From the NCBI GenBank assembly GCA_938092135.1, contig CALLJL010000008.1:64019-128018 (forward strand): 64,000 bases of DNA, written 5' to 3'. Source of the DNA: an uncultured bacterium (GTDB taxonomy: Bacteria; Acidobacteriota; Aminicenantia; Aminicenantales; CALLJL01). A model generated the notes under the pieces. It ran no database searches. It was given only the letters and a program-made list of their open reading frames with translations, and was not told the DNA's origin. The translations under genes and the position numbers were made by a program. Positions 49,595 through 58,847 of the stretch are shown here, in pieces. How positions within the stretch are numbered: position 1 is the first letter of the stretch; each line of letters starts with the position of its first letter.

Positions 49595-50125
49595 TTATTT
49601 CAGTTCCTCAACAATAATATTATCATTAGTATAAACACAAATTTCTGAGCTAATCCTTAAAGCCTCGAGAGCAATTTCCCGGGCAGAAAGATTGGTATGC
49701 TTGACCAAAGCCCGGGCGGCAGCAAGAGCATAGGGACCGCCAGTCCCAATAGCAATGATGCCATCATCGGGTTCAACTACATCTCCTGTGCCGCTGATCA
49801 GAAAGGAAGATTCTTTATCAGCGACAATAAGCAAAGCTTCAAGCTGACGCAAAGCTTTGTCCATCCGCCATTCCTTGGCCAGCTCAATCGCTGCTCGAGA
49901 TAGGTTGCCCCGATATTCCTCAAGCTTGCTTTCAAATCGGGAAAAGAGAGCGAAAGCGTCCGAGGTGGCACCTGCAAAGCCAGCCAGGACTTTATCTTTA
50001 TAGAGGCGTCGAATCTTGCGAGCAGAATGTTTAAGAATGGTCTGGCCAAGGGTAACTTGGCCATCCCCGGCCATGGCTATCTCCCCTTTATGGCGAACAC
50101 AAATTACTGTTGTGGCTTTAACCAT
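49595..50125 (-). CDS. hslV: ATP-dependent protease peptidase subunit HslV
   Basis: The N-terminal TT of [23 protein letters not shown] matches the HslV N-terminal Thr nucleophile. 176 aa. Directly upstream of hslU. Confidence 0.9.
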   Translation of the reverse strand: MVKATTVICVRHKGEIAMAGDGQVTLGQTILKHSARKIRRLYKDKVLAGFAGATSDAFALFSRFESKLEEYRGNLSRAAIELAKEWRMDKALRQLEALLIVADKESSFLISGTGDVVEPDDGIIAIGTGGPYALAAARALVKHTNLSAREIALEALRISSEICVYTNDNIIVEELK

Positions 50126-50333
50126 AAGCGTTACACTTTCCTCTTATGGTTATAATAAATCATATGGTCAAGGAATTCAATTAAATCCCTCCTTCTTCGA
50201 GTTTTTCCTGAAAAATAGAGGTAAATAAATTAATAACAGAAAATAGAGAAAAGAGGAGAACAAAAAAGAATAAAGATTTGAAAAAAATCAAGGAACAAAA
50301 AAAGAAAGGAAATAATCAGGCCTGTTGAATTTC

Positions 50334-51224
50334 TTAGGCCGGATAGACATCATACTTCGCTACCAAATGACAGGGATGGTAAGAAAGTTTAGCCCTTTTC
50401 AGGCCCGGATGTCCTAGGTCTTGTTCAAGATTGATCAGAGGAAAAGGGGAGAGTTTTTGCCGACAGGCTTCCCATAAAAGGGTCTGGGATGCTCCTGGCA
50501 ATTTTAAATCAGCGTAATGAAAATGAATGACAGCAGTCTGCCTGTTGAGGCTTGAGGCAATAAAAAAACCTTTTATTTCTCCCCTGATAATTAAAGCTCC
50601 CCCTATTAGGTCCAAAGCAGTCCATAATTCAAAGGCAAGCTCCAAGGCTCTAGCCTGATCCTTAAAGTTCAGAGGAGAGAGGGATTCCTTACCTCCTTTT
50701 TGTTCAGCCCAGCAAAGGAAAAAGTTCATAGCCTCCCGTCGCCAGTTTTGGTCCATCGATTTGATTTCATAATCGGGAAAAGAAGATTGAAAGCGACGGA
50801 TGAGATTTCTTTTGCCATCAAATTTCTTACCCTTGAGGCTGACCATTTCCTCCCGCCAATAAAGATAATCAAATTGATCACGGTTCTCCCGAATAAGCAC
50901 TTTATCTTGCGGGAAATAGGAAAGAAAATTTGCAGGTAAACGGGAAAAACGACCCACCTGGTGAAGAAGCTCCATAAGAAAAAAAGGCGAGGGAGGTGGA
51001 CCTAGGGGCTCAAGAAGAAAGGGTAATTCATTGGGCGGGCTTAACCAGAGGAGAAGATAATCTTTATAGATGGCGAGTTTAGGCCGATCAAATTCCTGCC
51101 AGATAAAAAGATTGGCCAAACTAAGCTCACTCACCTCCGGATTTTTTGCGGCCAGGGCCTGACGAATAAAACTTAAATGATTAAGATCAAGAGGCTTCCA
51201 GGATAAATCAAGCTTCCAACTCAT
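50334..51224 (-). CDS. DUF2156-like protein (MprF C-terminal/GNAT-fold-like domain), unknown function
   Basis: 296 aa soluble protein. Call is from recall of the DUF2156 pattern (FIWQ...). No catalytic motifs confirmed. Confidence 0.35.
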   Translation of the reverse strand: MSWKLDLSWKPLDLNHLSFIRQALAAKNPEVSELSLANLFIWQEFDRPKLAIYKDYLLLWLSPPNELPFLLEPLGPPPSPFFLMELLHQVGRFSRLPANFLSYFPQDKVLIRENRDQFDYLYWREEMVSLKGKKFDGKRNLIRRFQSSFPDYEIKSMDQNWRREAMNFFLCWAEQKGGKESLSPLNFKDQARALELAFELWTALDLIGGALIIRGEIKGFFIASSLNRQTAVIHFHYADLKLPGASQTLLWEACRQKLSPFPLINLEQDLGHPGLKRAKLSYHPCHLVAKYDVYPA

Positions 51225-51320
51225 TCTCCAACGTTAAACTTAACCGTTCTTTTCTTTTCTTATTTTATCATAATTATTTTTTAAATAAAAAATTTTTAAT
51301 ATTTTCAACTAATGGACCTC

Positions 51321-51731
51321 CTACGGCTTTCTTCTAACTAAGCAAAGGCATTGATTAGGCCTGCAGCCTTGACAGTCAAGAATACTTCTAGAAGGGAGAA
51401 AGGCGGGTGGATCCACCTTTTGGAAACCAAAGTGAAAGAAAAACTCGGGAATAATGGTATAAAGATAAACATCTTTATCCCTCTTCTTTAAAACAGCTTG
51501 AAGCAATTGCCTGGCCAAGCCCCGGCCCCTTTTTTCGGGGAGAAGACCTACTGAACTTAAGAAATAAGCCGGGCCAAGGTCAGTGATTCTGGCCAGACCG
51601 ACAAGTTCCCCCTTCTCCTCAATGACCCAGGTTTCGTCAGGTCTCAAAGAGGGTATCTCAAGATCGAGTTTTCTTTCAAGCTCGGCAATTAAAGACTTTT
51701 CCTCTGATTTAGCCAGTCGTATCTTAATCAT
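51321..51731 (-). CDS. GNAT family N-acetyltransferase
   Basis: Acetyl-CoA-binding motif KRGRGLARQLLQAV. 136 aa. Confidence 0.7.
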   Translation of the reverse strand: MIKIRLAKSEEKSLIAELERKLDLEIPSLRPDETWVIEEKGELVGLARITDLGPAYFLSSVGLLPEKRGRGLARQLLQAVLKKRDKDVYLYTIIPEFFFHFGFQKVDPPAFLPSRSILDCQGCRPNQCLCLVRRKP

Positions 51732-51902
51732 AAAATTTATTATATCCTAAAAAATTATCGTTTAAATTGTCTAAAATTTATCTTCTCGATAAATCAAGCC
51801 TTTTGGCCTGAAAAATTTCGATCCAAAGAGTATTTTGAGAAAAAAAATTGAACCATTCGTTTAAAGAAATTAAGGAAAGGGAAGAGAAAGACGGAGGTAT
51901 CG

Positions 51903-52097
51903 ATGAAATTTAAGGTTCGTTTAATGAAAATAGATCAAGAGGGCTATGTTGTCTGGGTCCCTGGACTTCCTGGATGTTCAGCCTTTGGGCGGACCAGAGA
52001 AGAGGCCCTTGACAAAATCAAATCTGCTCTCCTCGATTATCTAGAAGCTCTCGATGAAGACGAAAGAGAGCTAGAATCCGGCTTCGTGGAAATTTAA
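51903..52097 (+). CDS. HicB-like (UPF0150) antitoxin-fold protein, orphan
   Basis: YVVWVPGLPGCSAFGRTREEALDKIKSALLDYLE matches the HicB/UPF0150 core. 64 aa. No HicA-like partner found within 250 nt on either side. Confidence 0.55.
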   Translation: MKFKVRLMKIDQEGYVVWVPGLPGCSAFGRTREEALDKIKSALLDYLEALDEDERELESGFVEI

Positions 52098-52224
52098 AAA
52101 AGATAAATAAAATAGCCCCCAAAAAGCTAACCAATTTAAAAATCGCGTTGATTTATTTCCTTTTTTTCTTAATTTTTAATTAAATTCTTTCATTAAAAAA
52201 GGAGTATTGAGAGGAGGTTAGATT

Positions 52225-52572
52225 ATGACCAACAGGCTCAAAGAATTTCAAGCCTATCGGGAGAAGATGAATCGCCAAATTCTTAACTGTGGCCATCTTG
52301 GCCTCAAAAGATTTTTCAATCTCGATTCAGCCGCCTATCGCGATGGAGCTCTTCCGGGGAAAATCAAAGAATTGCTTGGCCTGGTGGCTTCAACTGTTTT
52401 GCGATGTAACGACTGTATCGATTATCATCTTCTGCAATGCGTTAAGGCCGGTTGGAAGGATGAAGCTATCTATGATGCCCTAAATGTTGCTCTTGTTGTT
52501 GGGGGAAGCATTGTCATCCCCCATCTGCGTCACGCCTTCGAAACGCTTGAGCTTATCCGCCAGGAAAAATAG
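52225..52572 (+). CDS. carboxymuconolactone decarboxylase (AhpD-like) family protein with CxxC
   Basis: 115 aa. The LRCNDCIDYHL CxxC...H motif fits the AhpD-like redox family. GAGGAGG RBS. Confidence 0.65.
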   Translation: MTNRLKEFQAYREKMNRQILNCGHLGLKRFFNLDSAAYRDGALPGKIKELLGLVASTVLRCNDCIDYHLLQCVKAGWKDEAIYDALNVALVVGGSIVIPHLRHAFETLELIRQEK

Positions 52573-52584
52573 GAATAAACCAAT

Positions 52585-52833
52585 TCATCGAACATAGGGC
52601 AAGAACAAAAGGAACCAGGGAAGTAGTTTATCTATAAACAAGCATTGATAATAAAGTTGGTCGCATTGCCCGAGAGCCAGGGCCGTTTTGATCCATCCCC
52701 AATCCTGCATAAGAACCTCAGAGACACATTTCTCATGTACTCTTTGGCAGAAAGAATCGTCTTCACTATAAGAAATGATGGGGCTAAAAATTAACCAGAG
52801 CCAAAGAAAAATTAAAAGGCCTGCCTTTCTCAT
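52585..52833 (-). CDS. small secreted/membrane-associated cysteine-rich protein (4 Cys), unknown function
   Basis: ATG at 52833 preceded by GGAGGTG at -8. Signal peptide MRKAGLLIFLWLWLIFSPIISYS. Mature part has CQRVHEKC and CDQLYYQC pairs and a hydrophobic C-terminus. Confidence 0.4.
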   Translation of the reverse strand: MRKAGLLIFLWLWLIFSPIISYSEDDSFCQRVHEKCVSEVLMQDWGWIKTALALGQCDQLYYQCLFIDKLLPWFLLFLPYVR

Positions 52834-53157
52834 TGTTTTCACCTCCGCTATTTTTATAAGCAATTTTTAGGCCAAAGTTTCTTCTTTAGGCAAGGATAAT
52901 TCCAGGGAAAAATTTCTCTTATTTGGAATAAAGAGAAAGTCTCTTACAACCAAAAGTCACACTTTGTGATCTTACGTCACAGCTTAATAAGCTCGTTATT
53001 TTAAACGAAACCAATTAGTTATAAATGGGCTGTCTCTAAGTGAGACCTAGAGGGGGAAAAAGGACTAAAGTGAATTTTCCTACAATTTTTTACAATGAAT
53101 TATTTTTCGTTTTGATTTTATTTTTCGCTTCGATTTTTTTAAACAGCTCTTAATTAA

Positions 53158-53185
53158 TTGACGAAAAATGATCAGAATGTATAAT
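53158..53185 (+). promoter_or_regulatory. sigma70-like promoter (TTGACG-16-TATAAT) for the VKOR-DsbA gene
   Basis: TTGACG at 53158-53163, 16-nt spacer, perfect TATAAT at 53180-53185, about 25 nt upstream of the start at 53211. Confidence 0.5.
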
Positions 53186-53210
53186 AAAAGAAAAATTAGG
53201 GAGCTTAAAG

Positions 53211-54443
53211 GTGAATAACCAAAATAATTGGCGGCGAGCCGGTATTTTCCTATCTGGAATTGGTCAGATTGTCTTTTCTCTGCTGACCATTCGCCATTTT
53301 TTCCTAGCCAATTTTCCCGAAACCATTTTCCGCGGTTCTTTTTGCGATATATCAGCCTTCCTTAATTGCGATAGTTCAGCCTATTCGCCAATTGCCCATT
53401 TCAAGGGTGTTCCTCTTGGTTATTTTGGCTTTGTTCTTGGAATTATTTTCTGCCTCGGAGCAGTTTTCCCTTCTGGCCGCTGGGAAAGGACAAATTTTTT
53501 CCTGAGTTTCTGGAACTTACTGGCGGTAATTGGCCTTTTCATCTATTCAGTCTTTTTTCTAAAAAGTCTTTGTCTTCTTTGCAGTGGCTACTATTTCTTT
53601 TCAATTATCGTCTTCATTCTCTATGTTGTCAGCCTCCGGCCAGAGGGCTTTAGTTTGCGTCATCTTACCCGACCCTCTTTGGCTTTACTTCTTACCTTGG
53701 CTATTTTCACAGCTTCAGGAGCTTTTGGCTTTCATCTTTATTATAAAGCCAAGGATGAGGCCCAGACAGGCCGGGCAATGAAGGCAGTCAAGGATTTTTA
53801 TGAATTACCCTTTACCCCTTATCCCAGTATTCTTTCGCCGGCCTGGATCATTCGTTCCACTGAACGTTTTGAGGATGCCCCCATCCAGATAGTCGTTTAT
53901 GGCGACTTTCTTTGCCCCGATTGCCAATTTTTCGCCCTACAGCTTGAAAAAATGCAGACCGAATTTGCGGGAAAAATTAACGCTATCTTTCAATTTTTCC
54001 CCCTCGAAAACCGGTGCAATCAGGTTGTTAATAAAAATCTTCATCCTGGCTCTTGTGAGCTCTCCTATCTTGCCGCTTATATTGCTTTATATCGGCCGGA
54101 AAAATTTCCTGAACTCCATCATGAAATTTTTGCCAATTTGAGAGCCGCCCGAAGCCCTGATTGGCGTCTTGATCTGGCTCGTCGATACGAAGCTGAAGAA
54201 GCCTTAACCGATTCTCACATTCAATCGCTCGTTCATCAGATTATTGAAACCGGTAAAGAATATGAACGAACTTCAGATCGTTATCCCTATGGTATTCGGT
54301 CAACTCCCACAGTAATTTTAAATAACCGCATGATTATCGGTACTCTTCCCGACTATCAACTTCGAGCCATTTTTAAAGCTCTCATCGAAGAAAAAGAAAC
54401 GGGCACTCGCCGTTTCCTTGAGAATTGGGTTCCTCTACGCTGA
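53211..54443 (+). CDS. vitamin K epoxide reductase (VKOR) domain fused to a DsbA-like thioredoxin-fold domain (disulfide-bond formation)
   Basis: N-terminal 5-TM region with a loop Cys pair (FCDISAFLNC) and membrane CxxC (LCLLCSGYY) typical of VKOR. C-terminal domain with a DFLCPDCQ thioredoxin CxxC. Confidence 0.7.
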   Translation: MNNQNNWRRAGIFLSGIGQIVFSLLTIRHFFLANFPETIFRGSFCDISAFLNCDSSAYSPIAHFKGVPLGYFGFVLGIIFCLGAVFPSGRWERTNFFLSFWNLLAVIGLFIYSVFFLKSLCLLCSGYYFFSIIVFILYVVSLRPEGFSLRHLTRPSLALLLTLAIFTASGAFGFHLYYKAKDEAQTGRAMKAVKDFYELPFTPYPSILSPAWIIRSTERFEDAPIQIVVYGDFLCPDCQFFALQLEKMQTEFAGKINAIFQFFPLENRCNQVVNKNLHPGSCELSYLAAYIALYRPEKFPELHHEIFANLRAARSPDWRLDLARRYEAEEALTDSHIQSLVHQIIETGKEYERTSDRYPYGIRSTPTVILNNRMIIGTLPDYQLRAIFKALIEEKETGTRRFLENWVPLR

Positions 54444-54851
54444 AAAATGCTTTTTACATTTAAGCTAATTACCTCATATATTGAATAGTTAAATCAATCG
54501 AGCTTTCATAGTTTCCCTTGACAGGAAAAAAGAAAGTTTATTTTTTAAGAAAGGTGCAACCTCAGAAAAAAGAAAAAGTCCATCTTCATTGCCATGACGG
54601 ATATAAAATGGACACAAATAGATCATTTATTTGGATATGATTTTTCTATTTTTCTTTATCATAGATATTTCCTTCGCCTGGGCTCCGCCTTCATCCCTAG
54701 GAAAAAACATTCTTGGCCAGCCCTTTCATCTTTTGGTTGAAAAAAATATATTTATCCCGATCGTTGCTTCCGTCGAATCTTCGAAACCTGTCTAATATGT
54801 TTAAATAATCTGAAATTAAAAGCGACAGCTTTTATCAACGAAGAGCATCTT

Positions 54852-55172
54852 TTGCTGGCCCTGGCCCGGACTAAAATTAATCAATTCCGATTTATGGGTC
54901 AGGAAAATCTTGGTACAAGAATTCCTGACCTCGGATGGATTGGTAACGGTCTTCTCTTTCTTCAAATCCATATCAGTGAGGAAATTTACGGTCTTGCCAT
55001 CATTTTCAAGGTGGGTACCGATAGGAGTTTAAGTCCGAGTCAGGCTTCAGTGGCTAAGGCTGAAAGAATGGTGGATGCTTTCATTAATTCTTTAAATGAG
55101 ATTTTGAAAGATTTTTCTAAAGGGGTCTATTTCCTTGATCAGATAAAATTGGTGACTCCGGCATCTTTATAA
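54852..55172 (+). CDS. hypothetical protein
   Basis: 106-aa ORF with no recognised motif. The upstream intergenic region is long; weak coding support. Confidence 0.25.
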   Translation: MLALARTKINQFRFMGQENLGTRIPDLGWIGNGLLFLQIHISEEIYGLAIIFKVGTDRSLSPSQASVAKAERMVDAFINSLNEILKDFSKGVYFLDQIKLVTPASL

Positions 55173-55311
55173 AAGCCATAGCTTTGAATTTTTTCCTTTC
55201 TAAGAGAGTTTCTGTTTTGGCCCTAAATCAGTCTTTTTTTGCGATTTGTTGGCCTCTCTTATTAAAACTAAGGTTTAAAAGAGTCATTAATTTCCTGGAC
55301 CTGGACACCAT

Positions 55312-55341
55312 TTGACTTAAATCAAAACAAGAGGCTATACT
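55312..55341 (+). promoter_or_regulatory. candidate sigma70 promoter for pckG (TTGACT-18-TATACT)
   Basis: TTGACT at 55312-55317, 18-nt spacer, TATACT at 55336-55341, about 80 nt upstream of the pckG ATG. Confidence 0.3.
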
Positions 55342-55421
55342 GATTTTTCTAAAGGAGCAGAAGAAAAATTACCTGATTTAAATCAATTGGTTAAACTGAA
55401 ATATTTCTCGGGAAACTAACG

Positions 55422-57191
55422 ATGTCCACAGCCGTCGAAAAATGGGTAGAGGAACAGGCCAGAATAGCCCAGCCAGCCCGCATCCACTGGTGTGACGGTA
55501 CTGAAGGTGAAGCCCTTCGTCTCTTAGAAATTGGTCTAAATGAGGAAAGGCTTAATGGCCCAGTTTTTCTTGAGCTAAATCAGAAAAAATGGCCAAAGGC
55601 CTTTCTCCATCGAAGCCACCCTACCGATGTTGCCCGAACCGAACACTTAACTTATGTCTGCCATCCTAGTCGAGAGATGAGCGGTCCCAATAACAATTGG
55701 ATGGAGCCAGGAGAGGCCAAACGTCTTCTTATGCACCTTTCGAAGGGATGCATGAGGGGCCGAACAATGTATGTTCTTCCCTATATGATGGGACATCCTG
55801 ACTCTCCCTATGCCAAAGCCTGTGTCCAAATTACCGACAGCACCTATGTGGCCGTCAGCATGAGAATTATGACCAGGCTGGGCAAGGAGGCTCTCAGAAA
55901 ACTCAAAAATTGTAACGATTTTGTTCGTGGCTTCCATTCAATTGGCGACCTAAACCCCAAGCGCCGTTATATTATGCATTTCCCCGATGAAAATCTTGTC
56001 TGGAGCATCGGCTCAGGCTATGGCGGCAATGCTTTGCTCGGTAAGAAATGTTTTTCCCTGCGAATCGCCTCCTGGCTCGGTTATCGTCAGGGCTGGCTCG
56101 CTGAGCATATGGTGATCATGGGAGTAGAAGATCCCCAGGGAGAAATAACCTATATTTGCGGCGCCTTTCCCAGTGCCTGCGGCAAAACCAATTTGGCTAT
56201 GATGGAGTCGGCCCTAGGTGGTTACCGCGTCTGGACTCTGGGAGATGATATAGCCTGGCTGAATATTGGACCTGATGGTCGTCTATATGCTATCAATCCT
56301 GAAACAGGCTATTTTGGTGTTGCTCCCGGAACTTCAATGGCTTCTAATCCTAATATGATGCGCACTTTACGCCGCGGTCTCTTTACCCCAACGCTCTTCA
56401 CCAATGTGGCCTTAAACCCAGAGACTAATGAGCCGTGGTGGGAGGGACTCGATGGTCCTGTGCCTGAAAAACTCCTCGATTGGCAAGGAAGACCTTGGAA
56501 ACCAGGTTCAAAAGAGAAGGCAGCCCATCCCAATTCACGATTTACCGTTTCAATTTATAATACCCCAACGCTTTCACCTGAATTCGACAATCCTCAAGGT
56601 GTTCCCATTTCTGCCATCATTTTTGGAGGCCGCCGCGCCCATCTAATTCCCCTTGTAGTTGAAAGCTTTGACTGGACCCATGGAGTTTTTCTGGGGGCAC
56701 GAATGGGATCAGAAACCACAGCTGCTGCCACCGGCGAAGTGGGTGTTGTTCGTCGTGATCCCATGGCTATGCTCCCTTTTTGTGGCTACAATATGGGCGT
56801 CTATTTCCGCCACTGGCTGAACATGGGAAACAGACTAACCCATCCACCTAAAATTTTCTCTGTCAATTGGTTCCGGGTCGACGAGAATGGACGCTTCATT
56901 TGGCCTGGTTTTGGTGAAAATATGCGAGTGTTAAAATGGATTATAGACCGAGTAAAGGGGAAGGTAGGTGCCAGGGAAACTCCGATAGGCCTTGTTCCCC
57001 ATCTCCATGATCTTGTTATTGATGACCTTAATCTGCCCTGGGAAAGACTGGCTAAACTCTTTGAAGTTAAGATGCCTGAATGGAAGAAGGAAGTGGAGGA
57101 AATCCGCCAATTTTTCAAGCAATACGGCCAGCATATGCCGCGGGAACTCTGGGAAAACTTGGAAGCTTTGGAAAGAGCTACCAAGTCCTGA
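55422..57191 (+). CDS. pckG: phosphoenolpyruvate carboxykinase (GTP)
   Basis: 589 aa. GSGYGGNALLGKKCFSLRIAS and CGKTNLAMM (kinase-1a P-loop) are GTP-PEPCK signatures. Confidence 0.9.
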   Translation: MSTAVEKWVEEQARIAQPARIHWCDGTEGEALRLLEIGLNEERLNGPVFLELNQKKWPKAFLHRSHPTDVARTEHLTYVCHPSREMSGPNNNWMEPGEAKRLLMHLSKGCMRGRTMYVLPYMMGHPDSPYAKACVQITDSTYVAVSMRIMTRLGKEALRKLKNCNDFVRGFHSIGDLNPKRRYIMHFPDENLVWSIGSGYGGNALLGKKCFSLRIASWLGYRQGWLAEHMVIMGVEDPQGEITYICGAFPSACGKTNLAMMESALGGYRVWTLGDDIAWLNIGPDGRLYAINPETGYFGVAPGTSMASNPNMMRTLRRGLFTPTLFTNVALNPETNEPWWEGLDGPVPEKLLDWQGRPWKPGSKEKAAHPNSRFTVSIYNTPTLSPEFDNPQGVPISAIIFGGRRAHLIPLVVESFDWTHGVFLGARMGSETTAAATGEVGVVRRDPMAMLPFCGYNMGVYFRHWLNMGNRLTHPPKIFSVNWFRVDENGRFIWPGFGENMRVLKWIIDRVKGKVGARETPIGLVPHLHDLVIDDLNLPWERLAKLFEVKMPEWKKEVEEIRQFFKQYGQHMPRELWENLEALERATKS

Positions 57192-57418
57192 TTTCTAGCC
57201 CTTAAAAAGGGCAAAAAGCCATTATCAGGCAATGAAAAGCTAAGGGCTGAATTTCAACTAATGAATTATCTTTGGCTAGGAGCTAATTATCGATATCAGG
57301 ACTCTAAAAAAGCTAATAAAAACAATCCTTTGATTGGATAAAAAAATACCAAATATTAAAATTAAAAAATATGAAATTAAAAAAAGAAGGGAAATGTTAA
57401 AAGAGGAGTAATAAAAAT

Positions 57419-58768
57419 ATGAGAAAATATCCTGAGATTGCCTTAGCTATTCCCGAAATTCTTTTACCCCGACCCGGGATTGATCTTACTCGCTGGTCGG
57501 TTATTGCCTGTGACCAGCATACCTCTGAACCTGAATATTGGCAGGAGGTTGAGCGACTAGTTGCGGATTCGCCCTCTACCCTTCGACTTATATATCCTGA
57601 AGTTTACCTAAAAGAAAAAGACCAGGAAGCGCGAATCAAGCAGATCAGAGAAAATATGAATCGTTACCTCGAGCAAGACCTTTTTGTTTCCTATGAAGGT
57701 CTGGTTTATGTGGAAAGACAGGTGTCTTCAGGCAAAAGAGGGGGTCTTCTTCTCTGTCTCGATTTAGAGCATTATGATTTCAATCCTGGGGCCAAAACTT
57801 TGATCCGGGCAACCGAAGGAACTATTCTCGAAAGAATCCCACCCAGGGTAAAGATAAGGGATGGAGCTCCCCTTGAACTTCCCCATGTCCTTGTTCTCAT
57901 CGATGATCCTGAAGACCGGGTGATCGGACCTTTGAGGACAATGGCTGAAGAGGGGCATCCTGGGCTAAAAAAACTTTATGATTTCGATCTTATGCTCAAC
58001 TCAGGTCATATCCAGGGCTGGCTCATTGCCGAGCAAAAAATTGAAGCTAAAATTGTTGAGAATCTAAAATATCTCGCTGAACCCACCCACTTCATCTCTC
58101 GATATCAGGTGCCACCTGGAACTTCGGTTCTTCTCTATGCCGTCGGCGATGGTAATCATTCCTTGGCAACAGCCAAAACTATCTGGGAGAAGAAGAAAAA
58201 TCTTCTCCAGGAAAAGACCTCTTTCTTAGAATCTCCTTTGCGCTATGCTATGGTCGAAGTGGTCAACCTCCATGATCCAGCGCTTGTCTTTGAACCTATC
58301 CATCGAGTGCTCTTTGAGCTGAAATCGGAGATTAATCTACTTGAAGAAATCAAGACCTTTTTCCATGGCCAGATAAGGGTAACTAACTTTTCCTCTCTCG
58401 GAGAAATAAAAGAAAAATTGAAGGAGCTACCCGATTCAGTTCACGGTTTCGGTCTCATCGATAGAAACATGACCTGCCTGGTAGAGCTTCTGGCTTTCCA
58501 GAGCACTTTGCCGGTGGGTTCCTTGCAAGCTTTTCTCGATGACTTTATAAAGCAGAATAAAGCCAGTTACATTGATTATGTTCATGGCGATGAAGCTTTA
58601 ATCAAACTTGCCTATCAGGCTGGCAATGCCGGTTTTTATCTTCCCGCTATGGACAAAAATCAGCTTTTCAAAACAGTTATTGTCGAAGGAGTTCTTCCTC
58701 GAAAAACTTTTTCCATGGGTGAAGCTTGGGAAAAAAGATTTTATCTTGAGGCCCGTCGATTAACCTGA
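57419..58768 (+). CDS. DUF1015-family protein (unknown function)
   Basis: 449 aa. N-terminal ...LPRPGIDLTRWSVIACDQHTSEPEYW loosely recalls the DUF1015 N-terminal pattern. No catalytic motif identified. Confidence 0.4.
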   Translation: MRKYPEIALAIPEILLPRPGIDLTRWSVIACDQHTSEPEYWQEVERLVADSPSTLRLIYPEVYLKEKDQEARIKQIRENMNRYLEQDLFVSYEGLVYVERQVSSGKRGGLLLCLDLEHYDFNPGAKTLIRATEGTILERIPPRVKIRDGAPLELPHVLVLIDDPEDRVIGPLRTMAEEGHPGLKKLYDFDLMLNSGHIQGWLIAEQKIEAKIVENLKYLAEPTHFISRYQVPPGTSVLLYAVGDGNHSLATAKTIWEKKKNLLQEKTSFLESPLRYAMVEVVNLHDPALVFEPIHRVLFELKSEINLLEEIKTFFHGQIRVTNFSSLGEIKEKLKELPDSVHGFGLIDRNMTCLVELLAFQSTLPVGSLQAFLDDFIKQNKASYIDYVHGDEALIKLAYQAGNAGFYLPAMDKNQLFKTVIVEGVLPRKTFSMGEAWEKRFYLEARRLT

Positions 58769-58847
58769 CAAATCTGTGCCCAAATTGGTACCATTTTATA
58801 TATTTACCTAATTTTTAATAAAGAAAAAATTATTTAACTCAAGGAAG

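Noticed and set aside
50126-50333. Heat-shock (sigma32 or CIRCE) promoter upstream of hslVU.
   Set aside because: I found only a weak sigma70-like TTGAAT-17-TATTAT. No CIRCE inverted repeat (TTAGCACTC-N9-GAGTGCTAA) and no convincing CTTGAAA/CCCCAT sigma32 boxes.
51732-52224. A HicA toxin partner for the HicB-like gene.
   Set aside because: Hand translation of both flanks on both strands gives only ORFs of 21 codons or fewer with no HicA-like sequence.
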